Virus record (IMG/VR): IMGVR_UViG_3300042691_015921
DNA length: 64,000 bases
Source: a virus
Strand: one strand, 5' to 3'
The notes beneath the pieces were generated by a model. It was not told the DNA's origin, searched no databases, and saw only the letters and a list, made by a program, of their open reading frames with translations. Below, piece after piece: positions 62,230 through 64,000 of this stretch. Position 1 is the stretch's first letter; the number at the start of each line of letters is the position of its first letter. The translations under genes and the position numbers were made by a program.

Positions 62230-63240
62230 ATGTCATTTCTAACTAAACCCGATGCTGAATTTATTCAGTTACTAAAGCGTACCGCCAGTGCAGATCGCAA
62301 CGAAGCAGGAATAGCTATGGCTGAACTTGCTAAGGCTATCGAACTGCCATTACGTGACGGTATCATGGTTGGCGATATTGCCAGCAACATCTATGAAAGA
62401 ATTCCAATGGCTCCGGGAAGTTCAACAGAATTCCCCCTTGATCTTCTTTCCCCTGGTGAAGAAGCTGATTTCGCCGCTTATGTTGCCCCAGCACACGGTC
62501 GTATTCCTGAAAGAACAGTTGAAGGCGATTACGTCATGGTGCCCACATACACCGTAACAAACGCTATTGACTGGCTACTTCGTTATGCCCGTGAAGCCCG
62601 TTGGGACATTGTTGCCCGTGCAACACAGGTTCTTGAAGCTGGCTTCGTCAAGAAGATGAATGACGATGCTTGGCATACACTTCTTGCCGCTGGCGTTGAT
62701 CGTAACATCCTAGTTTATGATGCCGATGCTGCTGCCGGTCAGTTTACAAAGCGTCTTGTCAGTCTTCTAAAGGTTGTCATGCGTCGTAATGCCGGTGGTA
62801 ATAGTGCATCAATTAAGCGTGGTAGACTAACCGATCTCTATCTTTCACCAGAAGGTGTTGAAGATATGAGAAATTGGGGAATCGACCAGCTTGACGACAC
62901 TAGTCGTAGAGAAGTTTATGTTGCTAATGATGATGCCGGTTCAGTTTCTCGCGTCTTTAATGTTAATCTCCACGCGATTGACGAACTTGGCGAAGGTCAA
63001 GAATATCAGGTTTACTACTCAAGTAACCTAAGTGGTACTCTTGGTCCAAGCAGTGACGTTGAACTAGTTGTTGGTCTAGATCTTGCTGCTAACGATAGCT
63101 TCGTTATGCCAGTCAAGCAAGAAGTAACAATCTTCGAAGACCCAACTCTCCATCGTCAGCAACGTGCTGGCCTTTATGGCTTTGCCGAAATTGGCTTTGG
63201 CGTTCTAGATAATCGTAGAGTAATCCTCGGAAGTTTCTGA
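62230..63240 (+). CDS. major capsid protein
   Basis: Position, size, strong codon bias, C-terminal GLYGFAEIGFGVLD, followed by terminator. Confidence 0.9.
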   Translation: MSFLTKPDAEFIQLLKRTASADRNEAGIAMAELAKAIELPLRDGIMVGDIASNIYERIPMAPGSSTEFPLDLLSPGEEADFAAYVAPAHGRIPERTVEGDYVMVPTYTVTNAIDWLLRYAREARWDIVARATQVLEAGFVKKMNDDAWHTLLAAGVDRNILVYDADAAAGQFTKRLVSLLKVVMRRNAGGNSASIKRGRLTDLYLSPEGVEDMRNWGIDQLDDTSRREVYVANDDAGSVSRVFNVNLHAIDELGEGQEYQVYYSSNLSGTLGPSSDVELVVGLDLAANDSFVMPVKQEVTIFEDPTLHRQQRAGLYGFAEIGFGVLDNRRVILGSF

Positions 63241-63263
63241 GGATTGTTCTTGATGGTCACTCT

Positions 63264-63300
63264 GGGGGAGTGGGGAGATATCCTCCCCCTCCCCTTTTTT
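63264..63300 (+). terminator. intrinsic terminator after MCP
   Basis: GGGGGAGTGGGGAG...CTCCCCCTCCCC-TTTTTT. Confidence 0.85.
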
Positions 63301-63318
63301 ATTATTTAAGGATTAATT

Positions 63319-64000
63319 ATGCCGCTACATCTAGCCAACAGAATTAAAGAAACTAGTATATCTTCTGGAAGTGGCATCATAGTACTTGGTGGTGCCCCCG
63401 CTACATATCAGCCATTCTCTTCCGTTTTATCTGATGGCGATATAACATACTATACAGTTGTTGATAATAGTAATTGGGAAGTAGGAATTGGAACATATTC
63501 ATCAAATACTCTTACAAGAGATATCATTCTCTCTAGTTCTAATTCTAACAATAAGATTAACCTAGATGGATCTAGTAATGTTTTTATAGCTTATCCTTCT
63601 GAAAAAAGCGTCTATAAGGATGAAGCCGATAGGGTAGTTGCTGGATCTTCTGGTATATTAATTAATGGCGGGATTCCGGGTAATGTATCCGGGGTTCTAT
63701 ATAATGCCAACAGTATACTGTACTTTAATGGATATCCCCTGAGTGTTAGCGGGCATCTTCATTCTGCAAGTGACATAACAAATTTCGCTAGCGGAGTTAG
63801 TGGGCTGTTGCCAGTAGTTTCTATCACTGGAGGATATGGAGTTGGTGTTACCAACACTAGCGGTAATCATACTATTTATTCAACTTTAACTACTGTTAGT
63901 GAATCTTACTCATTAGTCACAACAGTTTTTAATAGGAACGGATCTGTCCTACCAAAGTTCTCTGTCGTTTACATTAGCGGTGGACAGGGAGATCTACCAA
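63319..64000 (+). CDS. virion structural (tail/fibre-like) protein, truncated by window edge
   Basis: MPLHLANRIKETS..GSG.I.LGGA...WEVGIGTY...LTR..ILSSSN; Ser/Gly-rich. Confidence 0.75.
   Translation, partial: MPLHLANRIKETSISSGSGIIVLGGAPATYQPFSSVLSDGDITYYTVVDNSNWEVGIGTYSSNTLTRDIILSSSNSNNKINLDGSSNVFIAYPSEKSVYKDEADRVVAGSSGILINGGIPGNVSGVLYNANSILYFNGYPLSVSGHLHSASDITNFASGVSGLLPVVSITGGYGVGVTNTSGNHTIYSTLTTVSESYSLVTTVFNRNGSVLPKFSVVYISGGQGDLP

Noticed and set aside
1-64000. Stop-codon reassignment explaining the many tiny ORFs
   Set aside because: Conserved genes (thyX, glf, terL, MCP) are full length in code 11, small ORFs have their own RBSs and overlap start/stop, all three stops are used, and no suppressor tRNA is seen.

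Overview
A 64-kb segment of a large lytic tailed phage (Caudoviricetes) whose host is very likely a Planctomycete (it carries a DUF1559 prepilin-type/H-X9-DG gene). Positions 1-49.4 kb are a leftward-transcribed (minus strand) early/middle region of >120 mostly tiny ORFs. It includes thyX, a macrodomain, two SLOG proteins, two NDT-like proteins, a deaminase, rIIA/rIIB, UDP-galactopyranose mutase, DUF932, a DenV-like glycosylase, four tRNAs (Arg-TCT, Leu-TAA, Lys-TTT, Glu-TTC) and one tRNA-like RNA with two T-loops. From 50.3 kb a rightward late block encodes a sigma factor, HNH/ERCC4 nucleases, gmd, a ClpP-like protease, terminase large subunit with a class-3-type intein, portal, protease/scaffold, decoration protein, major capsid protein and a truncated virion protein. 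The most unusual part is non-coding. The GC-rich 36-49.7 kb stretch (probable first-entering end) carries six co-oriented regulatory islands made of sigma54 -24/-12 motifs, TGCCA-N3-TGGCA palindromes and a hairpin with compensatory stem changes. In addition, many sigma70 promoters have a sigma28-type promoter nested inside them. Together this suggests an undescribed phage cis-regulatory or decoy system wired to host sigma54/sigma28 (motility or cell-cycle) transcription. All family calls are from motif recognition by eye; no database searches were run.
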